The notes: generated by a model not told the origin, from the letters alone. DNA of 64,000 nucleotides from an uncultured bacterium (GCA_963839205.1 CAWITU010000002.1:75034-139033); one strand, 5' to 3'; counted from the stretch's first letter, positions 18,930 through 30,951 are shown. Numbers and translations are program-made.

Positions 18930-19595
18930 CTACTGGGTTTTTGTCGTTACAGGTTTTTCTATTGTCCACGAAACGTTTCCAGCAGAATCTTTTGATTCAA
19001 GGGTGTAGTAATAAGTGGTATTTGGATTCAAGGCATTTATCACAACATTTGCAGCTGTGGAAAGGCCGTTAGAACTTTGTACTGATGGAGCAGTTGCATA
19101 GAGAAACGGATACGAGTTCTCATACATTACCCGCGAATATGCTGGTTCGTTTGTACTCCAATTTAAGGTAACAGAATTGGTAGAAGGCACTACGGACACA
19201 GTTGATAGTTCGATTACTGGTGCGGCGGGGCCAGCATAGCTTCCACCGATAGCACTAGTCATGACTCCAATATTACTTCCTTCCAAGGCTGCGTTTATTG
19301 CAGCAAGCGTTATAGGGCCAACATTTCCAGTAGGTGAAATGTTATTCTTGGTCTGCCAAGCCATAACTGCTGCTTGAGTTAGAGATCCATAATAACCGGT
19401 AACAAGACCTTGCGGGTAAACTGTACTATCTTGTGCTAGAAATGTTTGCAGGGTTGAAACGTCGGTACCTGTAGAGCCAAGCCCAAGCTGGCTTGATATT
19501 AGTGTGGCTGCGTAGGTGGGGACCACCAGGGCCGACGCAAGTAGTGCGATCGGAATTATAGTGGAGACCTTTGCCCAAATGAGTCTAGTTTTCAT
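18930..19595 (-). CDS. Secreted peptidoglycan-binding domain + FN3-like protein
   Basis: LGLGSTGTDVSTLQTFL...TGYYGSLTQAAV..WQ...GNVGPIT; WSTNEPA...LNPNTTYYY. Confidence 0.85.
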   Translation of the reverse strand: MKTRLIWAKVSTIIPIALLASALVVPTYAATLISSQLGLGSTGTDVSTLQTFLAQDSTVYPQGLVTGYYGSLTQAAVMAWQTKNNISPTGNVGPITLAAINAALEGSNIGVMTSAIGGSYAGPAAPVIELSTVSVVPSTNSVTLNWSTNEPAYSRVMYENSYPFLYATAPSVQSSNGLSTAANVVINALNPNTTYYYTLESKDSAGNVSWTIEKPVTTKTQ

Positions 19596-19643
19596 AGTCG
19601 TTTTTAAATTAATAAATAAAGATGGATTTCGACTATCCACGAA

Positions 19644-19725
19644 GTTACGACGAACAGGCTTGACTATTATTACTAAAACGTTGTTATAATTAAATGTAAT
19701 AGGTTTTATTGGCTAACGTCATAAC
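19644..19725. promoter_or_regulatory. Back-to-back ECF-type promoters
   Basis: Minus strand 19673-19644 GTAATA-N15-CGTCGTAAC; plus strand 19696-19725 GTAATA-N15-CGTCATAAC directly before ATG 19727. Confidence 0.65.
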
Positions 19726-19726
19726 C

Positions 19727-20245
19727 ATGCGGTCTAAAAGAGAAGCGCAATTTACTGTTGCTTTTAACGAACATGCAGATGCGCTTTTTAGGTACTGTCA
19801 TTTTAAGATCGCTGACAGGGAGACGGCTAAAGACGTACTCCAGCAGACATTTATGAAGACGTGGCTATATATGAGCGAAGGTAATGAAGTTACAAATATT
19901 AAATCTTTTCTATATAAAACAGCTGGTAATCTCATAATTGATTATTATCGTAAAAAGAAACCCTTATCTTTAGATATGTTAATGGAGGAAGGTTTTGATC
20001 GGGGTTTTGACGAAAGCAAAACCCTTCAAAATAAATTAGACGGCTCCACCGCCTTAAAACTCTTAAGGAAAGTTCCAGATGGTTACCGAGAAATTCTCTT
20101 TATGAGATATGTTCAAGAGCTTTCTTTGAAAGAGATTGCTGAAATTACTGGGGAAACTGAAAATAATATAGCAGTCAAAATCCATCGTGGTCTAATTAAA
20201 GTGAAGGAATTATTTTATAAAGCTGAAAATGAAAAAAATGATTGA
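19727..20245 (+). CDS. ECF RNA polymerase sigma factor
   Basis: ADALFRYC...AKDVLQQTFMKTW...FLYKTAGNLIIDYYRKK; LSLKEIAEITG. Confidence 0.9.
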   Translation: MRSKREAQFTVAFNEHADALFRYCHFKIADRETAKDVLQQTFMKTWLYMSEGNEVTNIKSFLYKTAGNLIIDYYRKKKPLSLDMLMEEGFDRGFDESKTLQNKLDGSTALKLLRKVPDGYREILFMRYVQELSLKEIAEITGETENNIAVKIHRGLIKVKELFYKAENEKND

Positions 20246-20846
20246 AAAAATTGCAGAGTCTGCAAAACAAATCACTCTAAATGAGCATGAGAAGTCTGTT
20301 ATGTTTCAAAATCTAAAAATGTTTATAGAGGAAGATCAATTAAATTTCGTTGACTTTGAATCAAAAAGTAGGTACTCAATCTTTTCTGATTTTTCAAAAA
20401 TGCGAGTATTATCGATAACAGGAAATCCGAAGTTTGCTTTAAGTATTTTGTTTGTTTTGTTTGTTTTGTTTGTGTTTGGTGTCGGGTCTACGTTTGCAGC
20501 TCAAGATTCATTACCTGATAGTTTACTTTACCCTATTAAAATTGGCATAGATGAAAAGATTACATCTGCTTTTTCTATTGGACCAGTTTCAGATGCGGGA
20601 ACTCAATTTACTCAAGCAAATAATCGTTTGATGGAAAAAGATCGGCTTTCTCAAAATGGCTCGCTAACTAATAATGAAATAACAGAACTCAGTAATAATT
20701 TTAGTTATCATGTGGATCAAATCAAAAATGATATAGCTTTGCTTAAAAGAAGAGGAGATGTTGTCGGAGCTGGCTTTATCGAGGGGGAATTGAATAACTT
20801 GCTAAGTTCCAATAGTCTTTTAATTAAGATTTTAAATTCTAATTAA
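20229..20846 (+). CDS. Putative membrane anti-sigma factor (DUF5667-like)
   Basis: Single TM followed by AQDSLPDSLLYPIK motif; coupled to the ECF sigma. Confidence 0.7.
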   Translation: MKKMIEKIAESAKQITLNEHEKSVMFQNLKMFIEEDQLNFVDFESKSRYSIFSDFSKMRVLSITGNPKFALSILFVLFVLFVFGVGSTFAAQDSLPDSLLYPIKIGIDEKITSAFSIGPVSDAGTQFTQANNRLMEKDRLSQNGSLTNNEITELSNNFSYHVDQIKNDIALLKRRGDVVGAGFIEGELNNLLSSNSLLIKILNSN

Positions 20847-20865
20847 TTTTATAGTTTCCAAAATT

Positions 20866-20890
20866 CTACTTGCAAATTATTTGCAGGTAG
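20866..20890. promoter_or_regulatory. Palindromic Fur/Zur-type operator
   Basis: CTACTTGCAAAT-t-ATTTGCAGGTAG (1 mismatch) overlapping the promoter of the Fur-family gene. Confidence 0.6.
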
Positions 20891-20904
20891 TGTAGAATGT
20901 TTGC

Positions 20905-21336
20905 ATGAGTAAAATAGATGAAGAAAGTATCGCAAATATAATACGAAAGGCTGGCTTTCGTGCCACAGATACTAGAGTTTCGTTGGTTTCCTTTCTTACA
21001 AAGACAAAATATCCATTAAGCATTCAAGAAATAATTAATGGATTAGGCAGAAAGGACGTCGATCAAGTAACTGTTTATAGGACCGTTAATTCTTTTAAGG
21101 ACAAAGGAGTAATCCGTGAGGTAAATCTTCAAGGAGATTTACCTCGTTATGAATTAAGCGATACTGAAAATGATCATCATCATATTGTCTGTACTAAATG
21201 TAACCAGCTCGAGGATTTTATAGGATGTGAAGCTCTTAAAATGGAGAAAAAAATTCTGAGCAAGTCGAAAAATTTTTCAAAAATAACAGGCCATTCATTT
21301 GATTTTTATGGCCTATGTAATAAATGTTTAAAATAA
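20905..21336 (+). CDS. Fur-family regulator, probably Zur
   Basis: TVYRT, HHHIVCTKC, YGLCNKC; first gene of a metal ABC operon. Confidence 0.88.
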   Translation: MSKIDEESIANIIRKAGFRATDTRVSLVSFLTKTKYPLSIQEIINGLGRKDVDQVTVYRTVNSFKDKGVIREVNLQGDLPRYELSDTENDHHHIVCTKCNQLEDFIGCEALKMEKKILSKSKNFSKITGHSFDFYGLCNKCLK

Positions 21337-21358
21337 TTAGTAATTTTTTAAATCAATT

Positions 21359-22288
21359 ATGAAATCAAAATCCATTGTAGCGATTGTTGTAGTCATTTTA
21401 TTAATTGTCGGAGGAATTTTTATATTCACCTCAAAAAGACCTGTTTCGTCTACACAAACTTCAAGTGGTAAAGTCATTCAAATTGTTGCAGCTGAAAATT
21501 TCTGGGGTAGCCTTGTTTCTCAAATCGGAGGGACGCATGTTCAGGTAACTAGTATTGTGTCTGATCCAAATGCAGATCCTCATGAATATGAAAGTAATAC
21601 AACTGATGCGCGTGCTGTAGCAAATGCTGATTATGTTATTGAGAACGGTGTGGGATACGATAGTTGGATGGATAATCTTCTATCAGCTGGGGCTAATTCA
21701 AATCGAAAGGTTTTAAATGTTGGAGTCTTGGTCGGGAAAAAAGAGGGAGACAACCCACATCTTTGGTATAACCCCGCATATGTAAATACTGCGATTGCAC
21801 AAATGGAAAGTGATCTTATTGCCATTGATCCAGCGGATACAGCATATTATCAAGAACAGTATGCTACTCTACAATCTAACCTCGCCGAATATCAAGGGCG
21901 TATCACTTCTATAAGACAGCAATATGGTGGAACACAAGTTGCGTCTACAGAATCTATTTTTGCCTACGTTGCTACTGCGGCTGGGCTAAATCTTGTCTCG
22001 CCACCCGAGTTCATTGATGCAGTCGCAGAGGGAAATGATCCACCAGCTTCTAGTATCGTTGAGTTCCAAAATCAGCTGAAAAGCGGTCAGATAAAAGTAT
22101 TAGTATACAATCAACAGACTGTCACCCCTCTTACTGAGAGTATAAAAAAACTTGCGGCTGATCAGGGAATCCCAGGTATCGGTGTTACTGAAACTATTCA
22201 ACCACCTGATGCAACATTCCAAGAATGGATGAATGCGGAGTTAATAACACTTCAGAATGCTCTTAATGCAAAAGCATTAGGGAATTAA
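21359..22288 (+). CDS. znuA: Zn/Mn ABC transporter substrate-binding protein
   Basis: AAENFWG, DPHEYE, NPHLWY. Confidence 0.88.
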   Translation: MKSKSIVAIVVVILLIVGGIFIFTSKRPVSSTQTSSGKVIQIVAAENFWGSLVSQIGGTHVQVTSIVSDPNADPHEYESNTTDARAVANADYVIENGVGYDSWMDNLLSAGANSNRKVLNVGVLVGKKEGDNPHLWYNPAYVNTAIAQMESDLIAIDPADTAYYQEQYATLQSNLAEYQGRITSIRQQYGGTQVASTESIFAYVATAAGLNLVSPPEFIDAVAEGNDPPASSIVEFQNQLKSGQIKVLVYNQQTVTPLTESIKKLAADQGIPGIGVTETIQPPDATFQEWMNAELITLQNALNAKALGN

Positions 22289-22291
22289 AAA

Positions 22292-23092
22292 ATGGAAAAT
22301 TATGAAATAATTATTGCTAAAGATCTTGCTGCTGGATATGGAAATTCCATTGTGTGGAATAATGCAAATTTCTCTATTCGTAAGGGTGAGTTTGTCGGCA
22401 TCTTGGGTCCAAATGGAGCAGGAAAATCAACTCTTTTTCGGCTTTTGCTTGGTCTTTTGCAACCGACTGTCGGTACTGTTTCTGTGTTTGGTGAAAAATC
22501 TAGACGAGGAGATCGAAGAATTGGTTATGTTCCACAACGTCATTCGGTTGATCCTGAAATGAACATAGAAGCACTTGAAATTGTCAGATTGGTTTCTTGC
22601 GGAGATCGATTTGGTTTTGATTTACCTTCGACGGCAAAGCGAGAGCGTGCAAAAGCTCTATCCGCACTTCGGGATGTTGGAGCAGAAAATCTTGCTCATC
22701 GTCCGCTCGGATCACTGTCTGGTGGAGAATTACAGCGGGTATTTTTAGCGCAGGCATTATCCGGTAATCCAGACCTCTTGCTCTTAGATGAACCCTTGGC
22801 AAATCTTGATATCCGTCGCGAGGGAGAAATGGTCCAACTTATAAAAAGAATAGTTGATAAGACTGGTGTGACAGTGCTTCTAATTGCCCACAATGTTAAT
22901 TCACTCTTACCAGTCTTGAGTCGAGTTATGTATTTAACAAATGGTCATATTGCAACTGGCCATCCTGGTGAGGTATTAAATTCAGAATCATTGTCGAAGT
23001 TATATGATGCGCCGATTGAAGTCCTCAGAGATTCACGAGGTCGCATTGCAATTATCGGCGCTGAGGAAGGGGCACACCACCACCATGAATAA
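22292..23092 (+). CDS. znuC: Zn/Mn ABC transporter ATPase
   Basis: GPNGAGKST, LSGGELQR, LLLDEP, C-terminal HHHH. Confidence 0.9.
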   Translation: MENYEIIIAKDLAAGYGNSIVWNNANFSIRKGEFVGILGPNGAGKSTLFRLLLGLLQPTVGTVSVFGEKSRRGDRRIGYVPQRHSVDPEMNIEALEIVRLVSCGDRFGFDLPSTAKRERAKALSALRDVGAENLAHRPLGSLSGGELQRVFLAQALSGNPDLLLLDEPLANLDIRREGEMVQLIKRIVDKTGVTVLLIAHNVNSLLPVLSRVMYLTNGHIATGHPGEVLNSESLSKLYDAPIEVLRDSRGRIAIIGAEEGAHHHHE

Positions 23093-23918
23093 TCCAATCT
23101 TCAGTCTAAATATTGTCAGTGATTTTTTAGATATGTGGCAGTACACTTTCATGCAGCATGCCTTTGAGGCGGGTACGATTGTAGCAATCATTGCCGGAAT
23201 CATCGGATATTTTGTGGTACTTCGTCGATCATCATTCGCCGCCCACGGTCTGTCGCATATTGGTTTTACTGGTGCCGCGGGAGCAGTATTAATTGGTGTC
23301 AATCCTATTTTTGGACTATTTGCTTTTACGATGGGCGGAGCAATTATTATGGCAACGTTAGGAAAACGTGCTTTTAATCGAGATGTGCAAATTGGAGTAG
23401 TACTCTCATTTATGCTCGGTCTCGGAGTCCTTTTTATTAGCTTATACAAAGGTTATGCAACTGAAGCCTATTCAATTCTATTTGGTGAAATATTAGGAAT
23501 AAGTTCAAATGACGTCTGGGTAACCCTTATTACGGGAGTACTGGTCTTAATTGTTTTCTTCATACTATACCGATCTATCCTATTTACTTCTCTTGATGAA
23601 GAAGTCGCAGAGGCAAAAGGTATACCGATATTTATTATAGGCCTAGCATTCATGCTGCTTATCGCAGCTGCAACCTCGATTGCTGTGCAGGTTGTCGGGG
23701 TTTTATTGATATTCTCACTTATGGTGACGCCGGCCGCTATTGCTGAGCGACTTGCTCGCCGACCAGCACATGGGCTTATGATTTCTGTCTTAATTGCTCT
23801 ACTCTCGACTTGGTTTGGACTCTTCGTTGCCTTTTATCTGCCTTATCCGGTCAGTTTCTTTATTACAGCCACAACATTTGTCATATATATTATGGTAAGG
23901 CTGTGGAAGCAGCTTTAA
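23085..23918 (+). CDS. znuB: Zn/Mn ABC transporter permease
   Basis: FAAHGLSHIGFTGAA, ILFGEILG, VGVLLIFSLMVTPAA. Confidence 0.9.
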   Translation: MNNPIFSLNIVSDFLDMWQYTFMQHAFEAGTIVAIIAGIIGYFVVLRRSSFAAHGLSHIGFTGAAGAVLIGVNPIFGLFAFTMGGAIIMATLGKRAFNRDVQIGVVLSFMLGLGVLFISLYKGYATEAYSILFGEILGISSNDVWVTLITGVLVLIVFFILYRSILFTSLDEEVAEAKGIPIFIIGLAFMLLIAAATSIAVQVVGVLLIFSLMVTPAAIAERLARRPAHGLMISVLIALLSTWFGLFVAFYLPYPVSFFITATTFVIYIMVRLWKQL

Positions 23919-24298
23919 ATTGTTCCTGTGTTGTAGAGCAAAACTAAACCGACAATGAACACAACGACACCACCCACAGTTATTAGGTTATCTTTGCTTA
24001 CCATTCGATAGAATGAAGCAGCTGAATTAGGGAAGAATGTAAGAAAAACTCCCTTTAATAGAGCTAACCAACCTACAATTGTTACAAAAAGAACTAAACC
24101 TGAGCTCCATGCACTATTAAGGGAAAGAATAATAGCACCAGTAGCTAGTGCGCTTAACCCACATGCCCAAGTTGTTCCTTTATTTTGAGTCATATCAGAA
24201 ATAAAACTTAGAGCATTCTTTCTGTTGATAATCATTGAAAGACCAACTAACGTGAAAAGAGTTCCTAGTATTTGAGAGATGATTAAAGCATTAGTCAT
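23915..24298 (-). CDS. Hypothetical 4-TM membrane protein
   Basis: Hydrophobic 127 aa with VTIVGWLALLKG. Confidence 0.65.
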   Translation of the reverse strand: MTNALIISQILGTLFTLVGLSMIINRKNALSFISDMTQNKGTTWACGLSALATGAIILSLNSAWSSGLVLFVTIVGWLALLKGVFLTFFPNSAASFYRMVSKDNLITVGGVVVFIVGLVLLYNTGTI

Positions 24299-24398
24299 AT
24301 ATTTAATATTATTATTGATAGTAATTTAGAGAAACCGACCTTTCGTCTATTATACTCCATATGGATTATTAGTGAGAGGTATTTGGTATACTGTATTT

Positions 24399-25520
24399 AT
24401 GAGCGAAAGCTACACATTATATAGAAACATAATCATTCATGGCTTATATACTAGGCTCCTTAAGCCCATTTTCTTTCAAAGTGATCCAGAAATGGTTCAT
24501 GACCGTATGGCCTATTTGGGGTCAAAGCTTGGTTCTAACAAATTAACTCGAATGATCACTTCGGGTTTGTTTAATTTTAAGAACGAAAGTCTTTCTCAGG
24601 AAATTCTAGGAATCACATTCAAAAATCCAATTGGTCTTTCAGCCGGTTTTGATAAAAATGCCGAACTTACAGACATTCTGCCTTCGGTGGGCTTTGGTTT
24701 TGCAGAAGTCGGTTCTATTACCGGAGAAAAATGTGAGGGAAATCCTAAACCAAGACTTTGGCGTCTGCCAAAGTCGAAAAGTCTCTTAGTTTATTATGGA
24801 CTCAAAAATGATGGGTGTGTTTCAATAGCAAAAAAGCTTGAGAATAAAAAATTTTCCATCCCTGTTGGAATTTCGGTGGCAATGACGAATTGTAAGGAAA
24901 CCTCGGTAATTGAAAACGGTATTAATGATTTTGCTAAAGCTTTTAAAGTTATGGAGCCTTTGGCTTCATATATAACGGTTAATATCAGTTGCCCTAATAC
25001 TTTAGGAGGACAACCATTTATTGAACCAAATAATCTAGACAATCTTTTTAATACGTTAGATACGATCCAAACTGTTAAGCCAGTCTTTATCAAGTTGTCA
25101 CCAGATTTAAGTAATGAGGAAACTGACCAAATTCTTAATGTGGCTCACAAACATAGGATTCAGGGGATTATTTGTACAAATCTTTCAAAAAAACGAGATA
25201 ATCCTGAAATCGTCGATAGTCATGTTCCTGCAGTTGGTGGAATGAGTGGAAAGGTTGTTCAAGAAATGTCCGATGATTTAATTGCCTATATATATAAAAA
25301 AGAAGGTAAGAGATTTGTTATTGTTGGCTCCGGCGGAGTTTTCACCGCAGAAGATGCTTACAAAAAAATACGACTCGGTGCATCCTTAATTCAGTTGATT
25401 ACCGGGATGATATTTGAAGGTCCTCAGGTCATAAGTGAAATTAATCGTGGTTTAGTTGAACTTCTAAAAAAAGATGGATTTACTCATATAAGCCAAGCAA
25501 TAGGTGTAGATATCTGTTAG
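24399..25520 (+). CDS. pyrD: Dihydroorotate dehydrogenase, class 2 (quinone-dependent)
   Basis: DPEMVH, NPIGLSAGFDKN, GNPKPRLWRL, NISCPNT, GGMSG. Confidence 0.92.
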   Translation: MSESYTLYRNIIIHGLYTRLLKPIFFQSDPEMVHDRMAYLGSKLGSNKLTRMITSGLFNFKNESLSQEILGITFKNPIGLSAGFDKNAELTDILPSVGFGFAEVGSITGEKCEGNPKPRLWRLPKSKSLLVYYGLKNDGCVSIAKKLENKKFSIPVGISVAMTNCKETSVIENGINDFAKAFKVMEPLASYITVNISCPNTLGGQPFIEPNNLDNLFNTLDTIQTVKPVFIKLSPDLSNEETDQILNVAHKHRIQGIICTNLSKKRDNPEIVDSHVPAVGGMSGKVVQEMSDDLIAYIYKKEGKRFVIVGSGGVFTAEDAYKKIRLGASLIQLITGMIFEGPQVISEINRGLVELLKKDGFTHISQAIGVDIC

Positions 25521-25529
25521 AATATATTA

Positions 25530-26501
25530 ATGAGTAAAAAAATATTTGTAACTAGAAGAATTCCTGATATTGGTATTAAAATGCTTCAAGATAAGGGGTA
25601 CCAAGTGGATATATATCCAAAAGATGCAATTCTTCCTCAGAAGTATTTGATTAAAATTTTAAAAAAGGGTTCCTATGATGCAGTTCTGTCTCTTCTAACT
25701 GATAAGATTGATAACTTGGTTTTTGATGCTTCTCCAACTGTAAAATTATTCGCAAATTATGCCACTGGCTTTGATAATATAGACCTTGTCTCTGCTAAAG
25801 CACGAGGCATTACCATAACAAATGCGCCAGCACCATTAACTTCTGAAGCTGTTGCGGAACATACCATTGCTCTCATACTTTCACTTGCTGCTAGAATTGT
25901 TGAGGCGGATGAATTTGTTCGTAGAGGAAAATATACTGGTTGGGGTCCAATGGATTTTATTGGTACAGATATCTTAGGTAAAACGCTCGGACTTGTTGGA
26001 GCCGGCCGAATTGGAGAAAGGGTCGCCTACTATGCAAAAGGTTTAGGAATGACGATACTTTACTATGATGTAGCTAGAAATGAGAAAATTGAAAAAGAAT
26101 ATGGGGCTGTTTATTTTGATAATGTTGAAAAACTTTTACCGCAAGTTGATGTTGTGAGTCTTCATGTACCGCTTTTTGACTCGACAAGACATCTTATAAA
26201 TGAATCAAGACTACACATGATGAAGCCAACGAGTTTTTTGATTAATACTTCTCGGGGAGCAGTTATTGATGAATTGGCCTTGGAAAAAGTATTGAAAGAA
26301 AAAGTTATTAGTGCGGCAGCACTTGATGTTTTTGAGTTTGAACCAAAAATTACTAAAGGTTTATTAAAACTTCAAAATGTTATTCTTACACCCCATATTG
26401 GTTCAGCAAGTGTGGCAACTAGAAATCAGATGGCAGAGTTCGCTGCCCAAAATATTATTGATTTCTTTGAAGGTAGAACTCCTAAAAATATTGTTAATTA
26501 A
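25530..26501 (+). CDS. D-2-hydroxyacid dehydrogenase (glyoxylate/hydroxypyruvate reductase-like)
   Basis: GFDNID, GAGRIG, INTSRG, ALDVFE.EP, TPHIGSA. Confidence 0.9.
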   Translation: MSKKIFVTRRIPDIGIKMLQDKGYQVDIYPKDAILPQKYLIKILKKGSYDAVLSLLTDKIDNLVFDASPTVKLFANYATGFDNIDLVSAKARGITITNAPAPLTSEAVAEHTIALILSLAARIVEADEFVRRGKYTGWGPMDFIGTDILGKTLGLVGAGRIGERVAYYAKGLGMTILYYDVARNEKIEKEYGAVYFDNVEKLLPQVDVVSLHVPLFDSTRHLINESRLHMMKPTSFLINTSRGAVIDELALEKVLKEKVISAAALDVFEFEPKITKGLLKLQNVILTPHIGSASVATRNQMAEFAAQNIIDFFEGRTPKNIVN

Positions 26502-26515
26502 TAAAAAGTAATTGT

Positions 26516-27317
26516 ATGCCAAATTCCAGAGCACAAATAATAGCAACTGTCGGTCCAGCGTCTTCTAGTAAGGAGGTACTTTCAAGTATGGTTTTTCATC
26601 AAATGGATGTAATTCGTTTTAATTTTTCATGGGGGAATCTTGAGGAAAGAATTAATCAATTAAAACCATTCGTGAAATTGAAAAAGAGTCTGGCCGTAAG
26701 ATAATAATATTTATTGATTTACCTGGTCCAAGAATTCAGGATAATGCATTACATACATATGACCATGGTGCCATTTCTGCAATAACTGAGAATGATAAAG
26801 AGTTTATAAAATTTGCAGCAGAACAAAAAGTTGATTATGTTGCGGTCTCATTTGTGGGAGGTCCAGAAGATATTGAAAATTGTCGAGAAATTATAAAAAG
26901 TTTTTCTGGTACTCAAAAAATAATTGCAAAGATTGAAAGGGCGATTGCCGTTGAAGCAATAGATGAATTATTAAGGTCACCGACGCGGTTATGGTTGCAC
27001 GAGGGGATTTGGGTAGTGAAGTCCCAATTGAAAAGATCCCTTTTATTCAGGCTGAAATAATTAAAAAATGCAATGACGCTGGAAAACCGGTTATCACTGC
27101 CACTCAAATGCTTATTTCAATGGTAAACTCGCCATCTCCAACTCGGGCTGAAGTGACCGATGTTGCAAACGCTATTATTCAGGGCTCAGATGCTGTGATG
27201 CTTTCTGATGAGACTACAACTGGTAAATATCCAATTGAAGCTGTAACTATCATGGAGAAAATAGTACTTGAAGCCGAGAAACACATGGATGGGTCAAAAA
27301 CGCTACATCTTTTGTAA
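26516..27317 (+). CDS. pyk: Pyruvate kinase, barrel-only form; two apparent indels
   Basis: [51 protein letters not shown] spread over three frames. Confidence 0.85.
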
Positions 27318-27327
27318 AATAAAATAT

Positions 27328-28580
<1,253 letters not shown>

Positions 28581-28581
28581 G

Positions 28582-28625
28582 AAACTAAAAAGGGCGGGCC
28601 TTTGATGTCGCCGCCCTTTTAGTTT
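28582..28625. terminator. Bidirectional terminator between eno and nrdJ
   Basis: AACTAAAAAGGGCGG...CCGCCCTTTTAGTT. Confidence 0.65.
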
Positions 28626-28637
28626 TAGTACCTTTTG

Positions 28638-30951
28638 TTAAAGAGCAATTTCACAAACTCCCGCTACACAAGCTAATTCCTTCTTAATATCAAGTTCATC
28701 GGTCTTTTCATATGTAATTATTTTTGAATAATCAATATGTTCAAGTCTTTTAGCTAGTTCGTTGTATCTCTTTTCATCAATTGGTTCGTACGGAGCTAAT
28801 TGGTAGACGTGATTGTCTCGAGGTAGGAATGAAAGGCCACCGACAATATCCCAGTTTTCATAAATCCAATTAGCGACAGTAATCCATTCATTTTCACCAA
28901 CAGAAATTGTTACAGAAGGATTGTGTTCGGTGTAATTAGTTTTTACTAATTTCCAATGCTCAAGTTGATCAATTGCAGTGATATCGTTTTTATAGAGTGA
29001 TCCAGCAGGAGATTTAACTGGGAATTCAAGAACATAAGTAGTTACATTATCACTTGATTGACCAACTTCTGGGAAGTAAGGAACACCCTGGTCTCTAAGC
29101 ATTTTGAATAGAGAATCAGTTGCTGAAATTCTAACTCTTCTAATATAGAAAGGAGCGTGACGAGGATGCATACCAGATGAACAGTCAACGGTCTGCGAAA
29201 GTGTGCCAGATGGTTTTACTGCTGTTGTACAAGTTGAAGGATTAATACCGAGTTTCTTTGCATAAATTTGGTTAACTCTGATAACTTCTTTTTTTAGTCT
29301 TTGAAGTACACCAGCATTTCTGACTAGCGGACAATCCCATTGACCGGTAATTGAAACACCAAGGAGTGCCTCCTTCTGACAATTTTCTTTCCATTGTTTT
29401 GAAAGATAAGGGAAGTTAGTTAAGCTCGCTTGATATGTTCCAAGGATAGTTGCGAGGCGGATTTTTTCCATAAGAGTTTTTTCGGCATCTTCCTTTCTGG
29501 CAACCACTTCAGACAAGTTACAAAATTGTTTTGATTGTAGAATAATTTCTCCGCAAGGATTGGTGCCGATAGATCCAACAATATTTTCCCCAGTTGGATC
29601 AAAGTAACCTTTATGTTCTTTCAGGACTTTAATGCGTCTCTCTGGAAGAGTTTTTGCAAGTGAACCTCTATTGAAGATCCCTCCTTCTCCAGAACCTGAT
29701 TTCATGAGGGCGATCCATTCTTCAAGAAATTCAGCATTTGTTGGCTTTTGGTTATAAACAGCTGAATCGTTCGCAAACATTCTTTGAGGTTCTGTAAGGT
29801 AGAAAGCGCCCTTTTTGGCGTCTCGAATCTCGGTATCATCAAAGTCTGAAAGTGAAATCATAGCGCTTCTTCTGACTCCTCCCGAGACAACACAGTCTCC
29901 AATCATACAAATAATGTCATGGACATCGATATTTCTAAGTCTACGTCCTTGTCGTGCAAGCATCTTTTCTCGTGTAAAAGAAAGAAGTCGGCGAAGTGGT
30001 TCTGGGCCAGAAGCTTTTCCTCCCATAGTTTTAAGTCTTGTTCCAGCAGGGCGTAACCCAGAGAAATCAAATTCAATATCATCTCCATTTGCCCATGCAG
30101 TCATACCAATTGTCAGAGAGTCTGCCCAACCTTCTTTACTATCAGGAATAACATGAGTTGGTAATTTTGTTCCCGTCTGAATTCAATCTGCGGAAATATT
30201 TAAACGTTTTGACTTTCTGTTGACCAACCTGCGGCGGGCCCGCGCATTCAAACATACATAATCTAAGCAAGATCTTGAAAACTCTCTGGTGCGATGTACG
30301 AACAATTGTATGCACAGACACTAGTTTTATTTGCAGCACCTCCAGCAAATTGTAAAAGTCTCATCGAAGGCATCGCTTTGTGATTGAAAATTCCTTCTCG
30401 AAGTTCCTTATATTCTAATTCTTTAATTTTGTTTCCGACATTTTGTTTCATGAAGGAAATATAGCAATCAACCGTATCAATCGAAGTCTCTCGTCTGTCT
30501 TCTTAGCAATCCATCTTGAGTAACTACGATAGTAAACAAATTCTCCGAGTGAATTTCTAAAATATTTTTTACTGTCCTCTGCTAATTTCTTAACCTTAGC
30601 AGGAACTTGAAGACCCTTTTCTCTAAGTTTGGCGCGCTTCTCTCTATATAGTATGTAAGTTTTGGAAGTTTTAACGTATTCGCTCAAAATAAGTTCCTTT
30701 TCTACCGTATCCTGTATTCCTTCAACCGTTGGAACTAAATTTTTATATTTTCTAGTGATGCGAAGTGCGTCAGCATAAACTTTATTTGCTACAAGCTCCG
30801 CTTCTTTGATGGATCCTTCATTAGCGGCAATCATCGCTTTACGAATTGCATTGATAACCTTCTGCATATCAAAAGGAACGATTGTCCCATCTCTTTTTAG
30901 AATGTTCTTAACGACCGTAACGCTTGGGGCAATCTTCTTTTTTGATGGCAT
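28638..30951 (-). CDS. nrdJ: Class II (AdoCbl-dependent) ribonucleotide reductase with N-terminal ATP cone; apparent indels near 30100-30480
   Basis: ILKRDG ATP cone; YYRSYSR; MPSMR; AYNCSY; GGVRRSAMI; GTNPCGEI; VKPSGT; C-terminal CVAGVCE. Confidence 0.88.

Noticed and set aside
20448-20474. TTGTTTGTT x3 repeat as a phase-variation tract
   Set aside because: In-frame 9-mer encoding LFV in a TM helix; too short to support a claim
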